NCBI RefSeq assembly: GCF_963921235.1
Contig: NC_086098.1
Coordinates: 9,176,001-9,240,000, forward strand
DNA: 64,000 nt
DNA from: Mobula hypostoma
Lineage: Eukaryota
Direction of reading: 5' to 3'
Shown piece after piece: positions 12,011 through 25,190 of this stretch. Position 1 is the stretch's first letter, and every line of letters begins with the position of its first letter. The position numbers were made by a program, and so were the translations under genes. A model generated the notes under the pieces. The model worked only from the letters and a program-made list of their open reading frames with translations. It searched no databases and was not told where the DNA came from.

Positions 12011-13529
12011 ATAATGAACAATTAAAAACTTGGAAACAGAATTTACTTGTGAAGGAGTTAGAGTATCATAGTAATCAGACTTCAAGCCATTTTGTTTTCC
12101 TACTTGCTTAAGTTATTTGAAAGTTGAAACAAATAATGAACATTAAAATTGTAAGCAAAGCCTTAATCGTCGAGCTGCAGAATTAGAGGATCTAGATATG
12201 TGTATGTTTATATTTAGATCATTTATGTAACTGGGGAACAAAGAATAAATAACCAATGAACAGCAACAAATATATTACATAAATTTGAAGAATGAGATGG
12301 ACAGATACAGAAGGAAGATTGTGAGATTGAGAAGTAGATATGAGTATAACAGTAAATTTGATGTTGCCAATATTAAGGCAGGTCAGATAAAAAGTTGAAA
12401 CACATCACCAAACAATTGGCACAGATTGTGCTTTATCTTCATAACACTACAGTGTTTGGCACCTTGAAAAATAACGAAGTATAATTTATTGAATAAAGTA
12501 ATAGATATTCTATTCAAATTATGCCCACTATGATTTGGAAACATTCACCTTTGTAATCTTAAAGGCCATAAAACTGGTGAGTGATTCAAGGATGGCTATT
12601 AGTAAGATATATCAACGTTATCTGTGCTATACCTATATTTTTGTCTCAAATCTAAAATCTACAAGGTGACATGGTGGAGGTGAGTGATTGATTACTGAGT
12701 GAGGTGAATTACAGTACTGGACAGAATCAGTGGGTTAAATACCATTCAGGAGCAGGAATTTGGATGTGATCACTTTAGGAGGGACACATAATATATGTAC
12801 ATATGGGTGAGATTGATGTACAGTACATAATGACTATTCTGAGTGCCCTTCCCCTGCTGGCTCTACCCTGCACACTTTTTCTTCACATTAGAAGAGATTG
12901 GAATTAGCAATTCATATTTTTTTATTAATGTCTGCCACAGGGTGGTCAAGGAGATTTCATCCTTAACAGAAACATCTAGATTTATTGCATTGTTTATTAA
13001 CTGAGAGCTGGACTATTGTCAAACCAATCTCCCTGAAAAACTGCCTTGAAGTTTCTACAATCCTGAAATTTCATAGACAAATGTCTCAATTATTAAATTT
13101 ATCACTTTCTACTTTTACTGTTAGAAACTACACATTCACTGAGTGCGATAGAGTATGTTATCTTTGTTGTGCATGTATCTATTGGTAATGAGCTGTAAAA
13201 TACTTCAATAAAATTAATAGTTTTTGACATTAAAATTGCTTCTTTTTGTTGCAGAACACAGTGTTGATGGCATTTGGAAATGTGGAAGGGGTGGGTGGGT
13301 GCAATTTTATTGTCAAGAAACCACATGGAAGGAGGTCATGAAAGAGTATAGAAATCTTTTAGTTAAATAAATCTAAGATTGATATCTACCTGTCTCTTTA
13401 TCTATTTATCTATATATCTTCTTTCTTTATTTCTACTGATCGATCTATCCAGCTGACAGTGTGTGTCTAAATATCTGTTAGCCTATCTGACTGCCTGTCT
13501 ATCACTCTGTGTATCTGTCTGTTGATATG

Positions 13530-13692
13530 AAGACACAAGAACTTCTGTAGATGTTGGAGGTCTGGAGCACCACATACAGAACTCTGAAAGAGCCCAGTAG
13601 GTCAGGCAGCATCTATGGAGGGGAATAAACAGTCCATTTCCCTCCATAAATACTGGCTGACTTGCTCAGTTCCTCCAGTATTTTGTGTGTAT
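13530..13692. mobile_element. Fold-back pair of inverted pLTR arms
   Basis: caggcagcatctatggagggga..tccctccataaatactggctga inverted around ~13630. Confidence 0.7.
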
Positions 13693-14309
13693 CTTTTGGT
13701 ATAATTTCAGGAAGAACTTGTTTAGAAATTTGCACAAGAGTAATTTAATTGTATTTTAAAGATAGATTTTAAAGTGGGATTATATGCAAAATATACATAG
13801 TGATAGCAAAAAAACTTGTTTTTATCTATAAATTTCTTCTTGTGTGAAATGTTGGAGGTTTGGGGGAATTGACATCTGACACACCCAAACTAGGCACAGA
13901 ATCTGTTTGCAAGTAATTAGTCTCAAATTGATCAGGGGACAATGATGAATTACATAGACTTTATACCATGTGGCATTGATAATACTATTTATTGTATAAT
14001 ATGCACATAACCTACCACATCATAGTTCTAACTATTAAAGTTAGGCAATACAGAACAAAAGGTCAGAATGGGACATAAACTGAAACAATAAAGTTAGGAG
14101 ATAAAAATGATTAATTGAATGTATGGATGAATGGAGAAGGGGATTACATCACTTGGGAAACTGTGATTAAGAATACTTGCTTGTAGTGGGGAAAAAAAAT
14201 GCCGGTTCCTGGGAATCCTAAACCTGTAGCCTCTCAGCTTAGAAGAGGCATATTCAGGATAACTTTGAGAATGTGGACTCCATCCACTAGGAATACACAG
14301 AAACACAGC

Positions 14310-14625
14310 ATAACCAACTAACCAGTGAAGATAACTTCACTCAACTTCACTTACCCCATCACTGAACTGTTCCCACAACCTATGGACTCATTTCCAAGAA
14401 CTCTTCATCTCATGTTCTTAATATTTATTGTTTGTTTGTTTATTTATTTATTTATTATTTCTTTTTTTCTTTTGTATTTGCAGTTTGATGCCTTTGGCAC
14501 ATTGGTCTTCCATTGATTCTATTATGATACTTGGATTTACTGAGAATGCAGGCAAGAAAGCAGATCTCAGGGTTGTATATGGTGACATATATGTACTTCA
14601 ATAATAAATTTACTTTGATCTTTGA
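14310..14625 (+). mobile_element. Rex1/Babar-type LINE 3' UTR
   Basis: Ends ctcagggttgtatatggtgacatatatgtacttcaataataaatttactttgatctttga, the tail attached to Rex1-like coding remnants at 32390-32905. Confidence 0.6.
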
Positions 14626-15039
14626 ATCCCTATACCCCTATGCTACTGTCCTGCTTACCTTTAAAGTACCTCCTGACCCACTTGTACAGAATCAGTGAAT
14701 CCCACATTGATCTCATTAGTCATCTCACAACCATCAGAACTGGGGTGAAAGCAAATTATTCTCAATCCCAAGGGACTGACTAAAAAGAAGAGGAGGCAAA
14801 TCAAGCTTTCAAAAAGAATGTGGTCACAGAGTTATTGCATGTCATAATAAGAGCATATCCTTCCCAACTTTCTCCTTGCAAAATAGAAAGTATTGCTATA
14901 ATGGCTGAGATCTTGTTGGCCTGATCCTCCAATGTGGACTGAATGTCACTATTATAAATGAAGAATGTGTGTTGCTGGCTCTCCAAGTCCGGGAGTCCAG
15001 CACCTGTAGTGCACCATGATAGTGCCTCATTGACATGCC

Positions 15040-15529
15040 GCTCTCAGGCTGGATGAGCATCACCTCATATTCCATCTGAGTAGCCCTCTGATGGCATGAA
15101 CATCAACTTTTATAATTTCCACCAATTTTGTCCCCTCCCCCTTCTCTCTTTTTCTATTCCCCATCTGGTTCCCCTCTTACCCCTTCTCTTCTCCTAGCCT
15201 GCCCATCACCCTGCTCTGGTGTGCCTCCCCCTTCCCTTTCTTCCATTGTCCACTTTCCTCTCTTATCAGTTTCCTTCTTCTTCAGTACTTTACCTTTTCC
15301 ACCGATCACCTCCTGGCTTCTCACGTCATCCTCCTTTCCCCTTCCCACCTACCTTCCAACTCACCTGGCTTCATCCAGATTCTTATTCTGGCTTTTACCA
15401 CTCCTGCTTTCCTTTCCATGAAACATAGATTGTTTATTCTTCTTCATAAATGCTGCCTGACCCACTGAGTTGCTCCAGCATTTTGCGTGTGTTGCTCTGG
15501 ATTTCTGGCATCTGCTGAATCTTGTGTTT
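15040..15529 (+). mobile_element. Degenerate PLE 3' end and pLTR
   Basis: LRLDEHHLIFHLSS..DGMNINF remnant, pyrimidine-rich UTR, gctgcctgacccactgagttgctccagcattttg. Confidence 0.8.
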
Positions 15530-17790
15530 ATGACAGTGCTTCAGCTGCGCAGTGAGGAGATATGTCCCCCGAAATGTCACAACAGCCTCTTTCCCCATTT
15601 CCAATGGGGAAAATATGTACTTGATCTCAAAAGATTTTTTAATGTCTCTAACATCTAAAATAGATGTCAAATATTAAGAAATATCTTTTAACTTAAAAAT
15701 CTAATAGCTATAAACACTTCTAAGTGCTCAATATATGAAACAAAGACCTCATATCCATAACGCATAGCAACAGAAGTATGCCATTCAGCCCATCAAGTCT
15801 GCTCTGCTATTCAATCCTGGCTAATTTAATTTCCCGCACTTTCACACCTCACAGTGTTTGGGATTTACTTAGTTGCTGGCCAGTGGTGTCAGTGGGAACC
15901 AGCAAGTTCTGGCCAGTGTCTTTGATCACCTCATACTCACTCAGTTTAAAAGGAGTGGTTGTGTTTTGCTATTGCTAGAATGTCTATTTATATATCAGGT
16001 ACATGAGCTGTGTATCGCCCAGCACCCATTTATCACGTGGTTGTGTCTGTGAGTTCATGCTGTTCCTGCTGCAATTTTTCTCTTTGTATTCCACATACTG
16101 TCTTAAAAGTACCTTGCCGGTCTGAGTAATTAACACAAAGAATGCTTGGAGTCTCGGATTAGGCAAAGTAGGACGAGTGTTACAGTAGGAATAATGATGC
16201 CAGAATTTAATTCTTTCTGTAGGAAGTTGACTATGATTGCACATAGGAACCAGATGGCATTCTGAAACACTATCATGGCTTCTGGAAATGCCAAATCTAC
16301 AGCATATGCTTCCATCAACTAACAATCAGTGGATGTATATAAGCTAATCTTTATAAGCTTTATATAAGCTAATATTTATATTTATTGTGTTGTGTTTTTT
16401 ATGTGTTGCGTTGGATCTGGCATAACAATCACTTCGTTTTCCTTTACACTTATGTACTGAAGGTCGACAATAAACTATTGAATCTGGAACTTTCAATGAG
16501 TAAAAGGAGTTAACTGATTTGTGATTGTAACTCTTGTATCACATATACGTATATCATTTGGTTGGTGTCAAATATTGAGTTGCTTCTCTGCACTCCAGTA
16601 TATCATGTTTAAGTTTTATTGTGTATTTTTCAGTTTTTCATCAAATTAAGGTAATTAACATTTATTTCATACAACAGGCAGCATTAAGGTGTTGTACTTG
16701 GGAACACAGCTTCTTCACCCCTTCACAGCTGCACTCTTGTGGTTGCAGCCTCTATGTCATTTACGAGTACAGCACCAGAGGTTGTATTTGGAAATCACTT
16801 GCTTTTGACTTCAAGCAGTGGCACAGCCTATTTAAAGAACTGCTAAGCTCATTCATCTGCTTTTCTGAGCCGTTTCCTTTTATTTTTAGCCAAATCCATC
16901 AGACTTGACAAGTGGGTAATTTGAGCCAACAGAGGAGGCTTTGCTTCAGGTTTTTATTCACAAAGTAATTCTTCTCTTCCTTCCTGGGAAGCCACCGAAC
17001 TTGACTTGATCTATTCAAGTGATCTGTTGAGTCATGTGAGATCTTGTACACAAAAAAAAACATACTCATGCAGTGTGGGCAGCGTAAAAAATCTACTTAG
17101 CGGCAGTAAGGCAAAGGAATGCAGCAGATTCGTACTTGTATAAGTCGACGTCTTGTATACCACAGGGCTAAAGACTTGAAAACATTGCTTGGATAAACAA
17201 GATTCTGCGTAAGAGTTAAAGGGAGATTTTCTTGCGTGTTTTAAAATACACCTTTGAAAGGACTGTTTTCAACGTGAACTTTTTGTCAGGTTTGCTTTCA
17301 GGCATATCTTCTCAAACATTAGCAAAGTGCTAAGGTCCTTTGCATACCTGATTGACTTGTTATCATAGTTTCAGTCAAGGCGCTGACATAATGATTCCTT
17401 TAAGGACATAGAGCATTCCGAAGTGGATGCACTGCATTCTCTGCGGCATGACATTGCATTGTTTGAAGTATTGTTTTTTGCTGGGTCTTTCACCAGTGGG
17501 ATAGAAAACAAGATCTAGCCCCACCCACAAAGGGTTAGCTACTTTAGCCAGAATTGTCAAACATTCAGAATATCTAAAACAGTCATAGACCTTAGTAAAC
17601 TATAAAAACATTCAACAATGCCCTATATAAAATATACAGATTAATTAGACTCACTTGTGTTAGTCTTAATAATAACCACAATAACACTGGCAAAGGTTTC
17701 ATTTTTGTTTTGGATTTATTTGCAGCCTCAGTTATCATATCAAATGGATTCAGTATAGGACGAATGAGTAGTGTAAGCTCAGCTCATGTT

Positions 17791-18028
17791 AAGACCATCA
17801 GACCATAAGAGCAGAATTAGGCCATTTGGCCCATTGATTCTGCTCTTCAATTTCATCATGGATGATCTATATTCCCTCTCAGTTCAAATCCCTTGCCTTT
17901 TCCCTGTGTTCCTTCATGCCCTGACTAATCAAGAATCTATCAAACTCTGCCTTAAATACACCCGATGACTTGGCCTTCACAGCCACCTGTGGCGACGAAT
18001 TCCGCAGATTCACCACTCTGACTAAAGA
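17791..18028 (-). mobile_element. CR1 3' fragment
   Basis: Minus ORF RVVNLRNSSPQVAVKAKSSGVFKAEFDRFLISQG and CR1 tail. Confidence 0.88.
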
Positions 18029-18135
18029 GACCCCTAAACAATAGAACTCAGAACCTGGGGGGTAATAATCAGGGAAGTAATGATTAGGGCAATGTTCAAT
18101 GGGGTAAAAATTTGGTTTTCGTTGTAGCAGTATAT

Positions 18136-18343
18136 TGAGTGCTGTCAAGTTGTTGTCGACTCATGGCAACCCTATGGATAGTGTAGTTGTCCATAGGGTT
18201 TTCACGGATAGATATGGAGTTTGTAGATTACCAAGCCTTTCTTCTGTACTGATACTGCTGCTGTCCAAGTTGGAACCTGGCCAAACTTGGATCATCTGTG
18301 TCTAAAAGTCCAGTGTTGATGCTACGACACCACCAGTCGACCT
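18136..18343 (-). mobile_element. SINE with RTE/BovB-like 3' tail
   Basis: Minus end tccatagggttgccatgagtcgacaacaacttgacagcact resembles BovB 3' terminus; hairpin aaccctatggata/tgtccatagggtt; tRNA-like head. Confidence 0.55.
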
Positions 18344-19646
18344 AATATATGCAATATAGAAATCCATATATTATGTTACACATCCAGAATTCAGTTTCTT
18401 TAGATGTGATTAGTGCCATGTTGACAATAACTAATTTCTGCTCAGTTTTTCCTTATTATTCAGCAGATATCGTCTCTGTTTCTGAGTTATGAGTTTATTC
18501 CCCATTTTTGAGCTTGAGTAGAAATTATTGCTGTCAATTGAACCGGAGAAGAGAAAGATTAACTGAAAGTCTTGTCATATTTGAAAGACATTGATTGATT
18601 CAAAGTGCTGATCATTGCAGTACTGAATCATTGGGATTATGAGAAGTGTTAATATAATGGGGACTGTTCCATATTTGTTTTTAATTCTGAACTTTCTTTC
18701 AGAGGATAAGTGTGGAGTGGAGTCAACTTTATGCTGGAGTGAAAGCCCAGTGGAGGTGGGGCGATGGACTGTTAAATATGCACTCAGAATGTAGTGACTA
18801 TTCAACCCTTGGGGTAGGTAATTTGTTTATAACTATTGTATACATTTCATTAAAATTTCATTTCATTTCTGTTGGATTATCTGTAACAAAAAAACTTGCA
18901 TGTTTGTGGGGATAAAAGAAACCTTATTTCTGAGGGAGTATTTGTATGTTTATATCAACCCAAAGGGGAACTTGTACAAAATATCCTTTCTGGTGATGAA
19001 CATGGGAATGAGAGGCATTTAAAATGTTAGCAACAATGGAAAGCAATTGAACTGATTGAAATCAATATAGTATATGAATGAAAAGTTTCATCAAAAATAA
19101 TCTGTTTCATCCACTAGCTGGAGATGTAGTTCTCATTCTCTCATCCATATTCTGTGTACTGATTTGCAGTTAGAACATTTTGGCCCAGAATTTGAAACAG
19201 ACTAGATCCAAAACGATACCAGTTTCTCCTTCAATAGTCATTTCTTGACCAGCTGAATACATCTAGCATTTTCTGTTTTTGTTTTAGATTTACAGTATTT
19301 GCGTTTTAAAAAAAAATTTGTCCCAGATTTTTTTGGCAACAGCACACTGTTTGGTGTTCCCCTACTGACTGATTTGCACTTACTTGAAGCAGATCTTTGA
19401 ACAACATCTTGCTGAGAGAGGCTGGCTCCAGCATGATCGGAAAAGCCTTGTGCAGCACAGGGTCTTCTGGTGATAAACACCAACAACTGGTGGACCCTGA
19501 ACAAGCTCCACTCACTGATGCTTTGTCTATCACTTAAAATCCACCCAGGCTTTTCCAGCTGCCAAAACTCCCAAATGTTTATTTTCAAATACTTAATAAA
19601 ACAGATTAAAATGTGAAACGACTAATCTACATAAAACTATAGGGAA

Positions 19647-19941
19647 TAAGATTGCCTTATTTGTCACATGTATATCGAAACATACAGTGAAATGTGTCAT
19701 TTCCATCAAATCAAAGTAGCAAAGATTAGGCTGAGGGCAGCCCACAATTGTCACCATTCTTCTGGCGACAATGAGGCACCCAGTGCTCACTAACTCTAAT
19801 CCATACATAGTTGGAATCTGGGAGGAAACCAGAGCACCCAGAGGAAACCCACGTAGTCACAGGAAGACTACAGATAGTGATGGGAATTGAACCATGACCT
19901 TTCAGTCGGTGCTGTAAAGCATTGTGCTAACTGCTACACTA
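19647..19941 (-). mobile_element. V-SINE with non-CR1 tail
   Basis: gggaggaaaccagagcacccagaggaaacccacgtagtcacagg is reverse complement of V core; tail catgtgacaaataagg. Confidence 0.75.
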
Positions 19942-20225
19942 TAGGAACTAATGCATTATTTCATTAATTAAATTAAAATTATTAAATCCATATAATGAAT
20001 TAAAAGTAGTATGAATTGCATTAAACTTGTTTTTTTTCCCTTCATAGTTATTCCTCTCCATAGAAAAGAATGAGGTTATTGAACTACTGCCAAGTCTAAC
20101 CTTGCGCAAGTTCAGTGGGCGTATTCCACAGCTTAAATTTTGGGAAGTGGTAGTGCATCAGAAGTCCTTTCCTGTTTGTTGAGAGTATTTAAGGACGGTG
20201 ACCAAAAGTGCACTCAGAAGAGATC

Positions 20226-20328
20226 TGTTAGTCCTGACGAAGGGTCTCGGCCCGAAATGTCGACTGTACCTCTTCCTAGAGATGCTGCCTGGCCTGCTGT
20301 GTTCACCAGCAACTTTGATGTGTGTTGC
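20226..20328 (+). mobile_element. Solo PLE pLTR with hammerhead motif (20230-20266)
   Basis: agtc ctgacga a gggtctcggccc gaaat gtc gact, then pLTR downstream sequence. Confidence 0.85.
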
Positions 20329-20835
20329 TCTCTTTTTAAGTATGTGAGATGAAATATTTGGAGTTGTGTTGAGCTTAGATGTCCCTTCACTCATGGTAGT
20401 GGAAAAGTTACACTTGAGTTACAAAAACGGATAATGAGACGGGTTGTAAGAAACGTGAACAAGGAAGGATAAGGAATTATCTTCAAGTGATGCATTTGAT
20501 AAAAGCTGATAAAGATGGGCTAAATGGATTTTGTACATTAGTCAGTTTATGAATGAACAGCTTGTGAATGTAGAGGTTAGTACTGAGTCTGAAAATGACT
20601 AAAAGACAGGGATCAGAGGAGGTAAGATAGAAATGTTATTATGAATGCTTTGCAGGTGACCTTAAGTCTGTTGTTGTGCAGAACATGATGGGTTTTGCAG
20701 GTTGTTGAGTTTGTGTACTATGAGACATGTTTCACAGACAAAACTGATGAGTCAAACATGGGGATGTGTTGGTGGAGAAAGGTAGAGGTAGATATCATCA
20801 GAATCATCTGTTTGTCCACAGGTGATAAACATTAA

Positions 20836-21080
20836 GGACAGCACAGCAGTGTAGCGGTTAGTGTAATGCTATTACAGCGCCAGAGACACAGCTGGAATTG
20901 TACCACTTCTGCAAAGAGTTTGTATGTTCTCCCTATGACCACATGTGTTTCCTCAGGGTGCTCCAGTTTCCTCCAGTATTCCAAAGATGTACGGGTTAGT
21001 AGGCTAATTGGTCACATGCCTGTGATTGGGGTCATAGGACCAGAAGGCTCTGTTACTGTGCTATATCTAAATGAATAAAA
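20836..21080 (+). mobile_element. V-SINE with CR1-like tail
   Basis: tRNA-like head gcagtgtagcggttagtg; core gttctccctatgacc..gggtgctccagtttcctcc..ccaaagatg. Confidence 0.75.
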
Positions 21081-21844
21081 TTTAAAATATTACTTTTAAT
21101 GTTTCTTCGTCACTTTACACAGCATTTTTATTTTGTTTTTATGATTGATACCCTTGAAGTTTACTATTATTAGACAATGCTTGGAACTAGGAATGGAGAT
21201 CATCTAGCTGACGCTAAGTTTCCCAGTTACTTGAGATGCAGAGATACAGGATGATTTTTGAACTTTAAACCTGTGCTGATTCCTGGTTTCTGTCTTCTGT
21301 GTTGATTGTCTACTCTACAGGGAGAGGTTTTTTTTATTGTGAATGGCAAGTTCAGAAAGTGACCACCCTTCCTCACATGACACAAGTTAAGATAACTAAC
21401 ATTGATATTTGAAATGGAACTCTTCTGTCCGTGGTTGCGGGAAGCTTCACAATTGCTTGATAATAAGCTAGCAAAATGAACAAAGGAATGCAAGCTGTGA
21501 TATGCTCAATAATGATTCATTTGATTTCAAATTGGATTCATTTTATTAGTGTACAGGCATAATGAAGCCTTGAGAGGGAAAGTGATCTGGAGTTAAAAGG
21601 TTCATGGATGATGCACTCCTGGAATGTAATGAAGCAAAGCAATAAATGGAATGGAATAGATGAAATGATCTAGTAAACAAATGATCTAGTAAGCAAACAA
21701 ACAGGTATCTCTTCTCACACCAAAAGAACAGTGCATTTCAGTTGCTGTGATAACAAAGTCAATGTGATTAATTTCATGTTGAGGAAGGTCAACCAGAGCG
21801 TAGGGAAAAAAATTTTACTTCAAGGGACCTGATCTAAATAATGT

Positions 21845-22030
21845 AACACACACAAAATGCTAGAGGAATTCAGCAGGTCAGGCAGCATCTACAGAAATGA
21901 ATAAATAGCTGACGTTTTGGGCTGAGTCTGAGAAGGGGGAACATGCCAGAATAAAACGTTGGGGGAAGGGGAAGGTGGTAGCTGAGGCCAGGTGTGGGAA
22001 AGGTCATTGCCTGGAAAAGAAAGAATCTAA
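21845..22030 (-). mobile_element. PLE pLTR fragment
   Basis: aacacacacaaaatgctagaggaattcagcaggtcaggcagcatcta followed by purine-rich UTR. Confidence 0.8.
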
Positions 22031-22550
22031 GCAGGTCCGGGTGAGTACATGGTCGGAGAGTCAGGGCAGTATCTCAGCGGTTGGCAGGAGAATAGCATTT
22101 AGTAGGACATGATAGACAACTTTCTCGCTAAGGGCAAATGAAGAAAGTTGGTAGAAAAGAGATTGATAATGATTGTTATGAGTGAATTAATGTGCTGAGG
22201 ATTATGTGATACAGCGACACAAGGAGAATAGAATTCATATAAGATGACTCAGAAAGGGACTTGACAGTCTAGACAATACAGTGATGCAATTAAAGTTTAG
22301 GATCCTCAATTACATAGCTGGAGGAATGAAGTGGTAATCCATGAGTGGTTGCTAAGAATATGCAGGAGCTTCATAATGCATTGCTCAGACTCCGTATATA
22401 TTTCATTCTTTGGTAATCGACCAGTGCAAAGTGTTATGATGAAGGGATTTCACATCTTCAGTAAATTTTGTAGTTATACACAGTTATAAATTTGATCTAA
22501 TTGAATGAATTACTGTATAAAATTCCTGGTGGCTGCTGCATTAAAAGCGG

Positions 22551-22745
22551 AACACACAGAAGATGCTGGAGGAGCCCAGCAGGTCCGGCAGCATCTATTA
22601 ACTGCCCTGATGAAGGGTCTCAGCCCGAAACGTTGGCTGTTGATTTCCTTCCATAGATGGTGTCTGACCTGCTGAGTTCGTCCAGCATTCTTGGATGTGT
22701 TGCTCAAGATTTTCAGCATTTGCAGAACCATTTGAGTTTCTGTAT
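22551..22745. mobile_element. Fold-back pLTR element enclosing an intact hammerhead core
   Basis: Arms 22551-22598 and 22653-22701 are imperfect inverted repeats; ctgatga (22607-22613) a gggtctcagccc gaaac gtt lies between. Confidence 0.82.
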
Positions 22746-22885
22746 TAAAAAGTGCTATTAATTAGCAACAATTTTTTAATAGTTATACTATCAATTTGCA
22801 TGATTTGCCAAAATTTTTGCCTCTCAGATGGTTGTAGGTTCAAATTCATACCAGAACATGCAGTCTCTGGTGACACTTCAGTTTA

Positions 22886-23262
22886 ACAGGGAAAGGTTGA
22901 ACAGATTGAGGGGAGATTTGGTAGAGGTTTACAAAGTAATAGGGGGAATAGATAGGGTAAATGCTTTTCCATTGAGGTTGGGTGAGACTAGAACTAGATA
23001 TCATAGGATGAGGGTGAAAGGTGAAATATTTAAGGGGAGCATGAGAGGGATCTTCTGAGAGTGCGGAACAAGCTGCTAGTAGAAATAGTGGATGTGAGTT
23101 CAATTTCAGCATTGAAGAGGAATTTGGGTAGATACATGGCTGGGAGGGGTATGAATAATTATGTTCTGGGTACAGGGCAATGGGACTAGGCAGAGTAACT
23201 GTTTGGCATGGACTAGATGGGCTGAATGGCTTGTTTCTGTGCTATATTGCTTCTTGACTCTA
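22886..23262 (+). mobile_element. CR1 3' fragment inserted in an old Deu-like SINE
   Basis: RERLNRLRGDLVEVYKVIGGIDRV..ETRTR; SINE sequence resumes after gactcta. Confidence 0.82.
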
Positions 23263-23321
23263 GTAGTGATAGAGTGCTAAATTATTATTGGTGCCAAACT
23301 TAAAACGATATATTAGTCTAA

Positions 23322-23918
23322 GGCAACACACACAAAATGCTGGTGAAACTCAGCAGGTCAGGCAGCATCTACAGAAATGAATAAACAGTCGACAGTACAT
23401 CATTAAAGACCCCTCACACCCTCTCCATGAACCCCTCACACCCTCTCCTTTGTTCTTCTGCCATCAGGCAAACGTTACAGGAGCATCAAAACTAAAACCA
23501 CAAGGCTACTAAATAGCTTCCTCCCACAGGCAGTCAGACTGCTAAATACTACTGACTCTGCTTTGGACACTTTTAACTTGCACTGGACACTTATAACTTG
23601 ATTTTAACTGACATGTGGCTGTTGTGTTTTACTATTTATTGTTATGTTTATTATTTAGTGTTGCGTTTGTTATGTTATGATTGCACTGCTTCTGGGAAAC
23701 GCTGTCTCATTCTGCCCTGCAGAGCTGATGTATGGTTGGAATGACAATAAAGTTTTTTGAATCTTTTGAATTTCAGGCCGTGACCCTTCTTTGGGACTGA
23801 AATAGAAGGGGGAAGATGCCAGAATAAAAAGATGGGAGCAGGAGAAAGAGGCTAGCTGCAAGGTGATAGGTGAAGCCAGGTGGGTGGGAAAGGTAAAAGG
23901 CTGGAGAAGAAGGACTCT
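23322..23918 (-). mobile_element. PLE pLTR split by a Rex1-type insertion
   Basis: pLTR to cagtcgac (23393), resuming tttcaggccgtgacccttc (23771). Confidence 0.8.
23394..23770 (+). mobile_element. Rex1/Babar-type LINE 3' fragment
   Basis: IIKDPSHPL..FVLLPSGKRYRSIKTKTTRLLNSFLPQAVRLLN; tail aatgacaataaag..tttgaatc. Confidence 0.82.
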
Positions 23919-24321
23919 ATAACAGATTATTTGGTAAATCATCAGTGTTCATGAGGCTTTTGCTGTAGGCTAATTGACCACTATATTTGCCTGCATAACT
24001 TGAAGTGGTAACACTCAGCTGAAATTTATTTGCTGTAATGTGTTTTAGGATGTTAGTTGGAGCTGATAGTTCTATTATTCTTTCAGAATCCATTCCAGTA
24101 ATTTCCTTCACAATAAGCACTGAAAATAAAGAAGGAAGCAGAGCCAAATACCTGTTTGGGAGCTTTTAAGTTTATTACCTTTTAGCCTCCATTTGTAACC
24201 AAGCTTTAAAAAAGTAGTCTGAACCAATTTATTTCAAGTGGCAGAGAGGTTAATGGCTGGTCTAGTTCACGTGATTGAGAAGAAATGACCATTTTCATCG
24301 TAAAGCCCGTAAGTGCAATCT

Positions 24322-24560
24322 GAACACTAGATTCTGCAGATGCTGGAAATTTTGAGGAGCACACACCAAGTGCAGAAGGCACTCAGCTGGTCAGGCAGCG
24401 TATATAGAGATGAGTAAACAGTCGGAAATACTTTGGGTCAAGACCCTTCATCAGGACTGGAAAGGAAGGGGACAAAAGCCAGAATAAATAGGTGGGAGGA
24501 GGGGAAGGAGTACAAACTGGTAGGTGGGGGGGCAGGGAACTACTGGAAGTTAGGGAATCT
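24322..24560 (-). mobile_element. PLE pLTR fragment with degenerate hammerhead
   Basis: tctgcagatgctggaaat..gggtcaagacccttcatcaggactgg. Confidence 0.8.
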
Positions 24561-24769
24561 GTAGTTTGTTTATAGTATGATCTGAGGTTGCCAGATTAGG
24601 TTTACAATTTAAAGTGGCAGCATATCATGAATAAAGTTGTTCTGTTCTTTTTAGCTAATCAGTAGAACTAACTGACATCGATATTAACATCTGTCGATCA
24701 GTAACAATTGGTTGAGAGAATGAGATTTTTTACTAAACTGATAACTGTGTGGGAAGAACATTTATCTCT

Positions 24770-25145
24770 TGGGTGAAGCAAATTCACACTGAGGCTTCTT
24801 CCAGTGCATTTGGTGCTCATGGTGAGGTCTCCTCTACACAGGAGATACCAAACACTGATCCGACAACTACTTTGCAGAACACTTACACTTGGTCTGTAAA
24901 GATGACCTGAGCTAGCAGTTCTCTGTCCCTTTTAATTCTGCATCCCACTCCCACTATAATCTCCCTGCCTTTTCCCTCCTACTCTGTTCAATAAGGTCAC
25001 GAAGCAGCTTCTCATCTTCCGACTTGACAATTATACCAATGTCAGGACTTAAGATTCAATTCAACAATATCAGATTACCTTCCTTTCTAGTTTTGTATCT
25101 GCATTAGACAGTTCAGATCCAAGGTGATCAACCAGAAATGGTCAC
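24770..25145 (+). mobile_element. Old PLE GIY-YIG remnant (diverged subfamily)
   Basis: ctcctctacacaggagatacc (LLYTGDT), tttgcagaacactta (FAEHL), tttaattctgcatcccactcccac (FNSASHSH), ctcatcttccgactt (LIFRL). Confidence 0.65.
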
Positions 25146-25190
25146 TAATTTGAGCAACATATACAAAATGCTGGAGGAACTCAGCATCTA

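Noticed and set aside
13255..13290. 36-nt plus-strand exon candidate
   Set aside because: Weak donor; HSVDGIWK resemblance to caveolin too short to mean anything
19385..19560. Minus-strand exon ending CAA|GTAAGT
   Set aside because: No frame resembles a protein I recognise and the acceptor is weak
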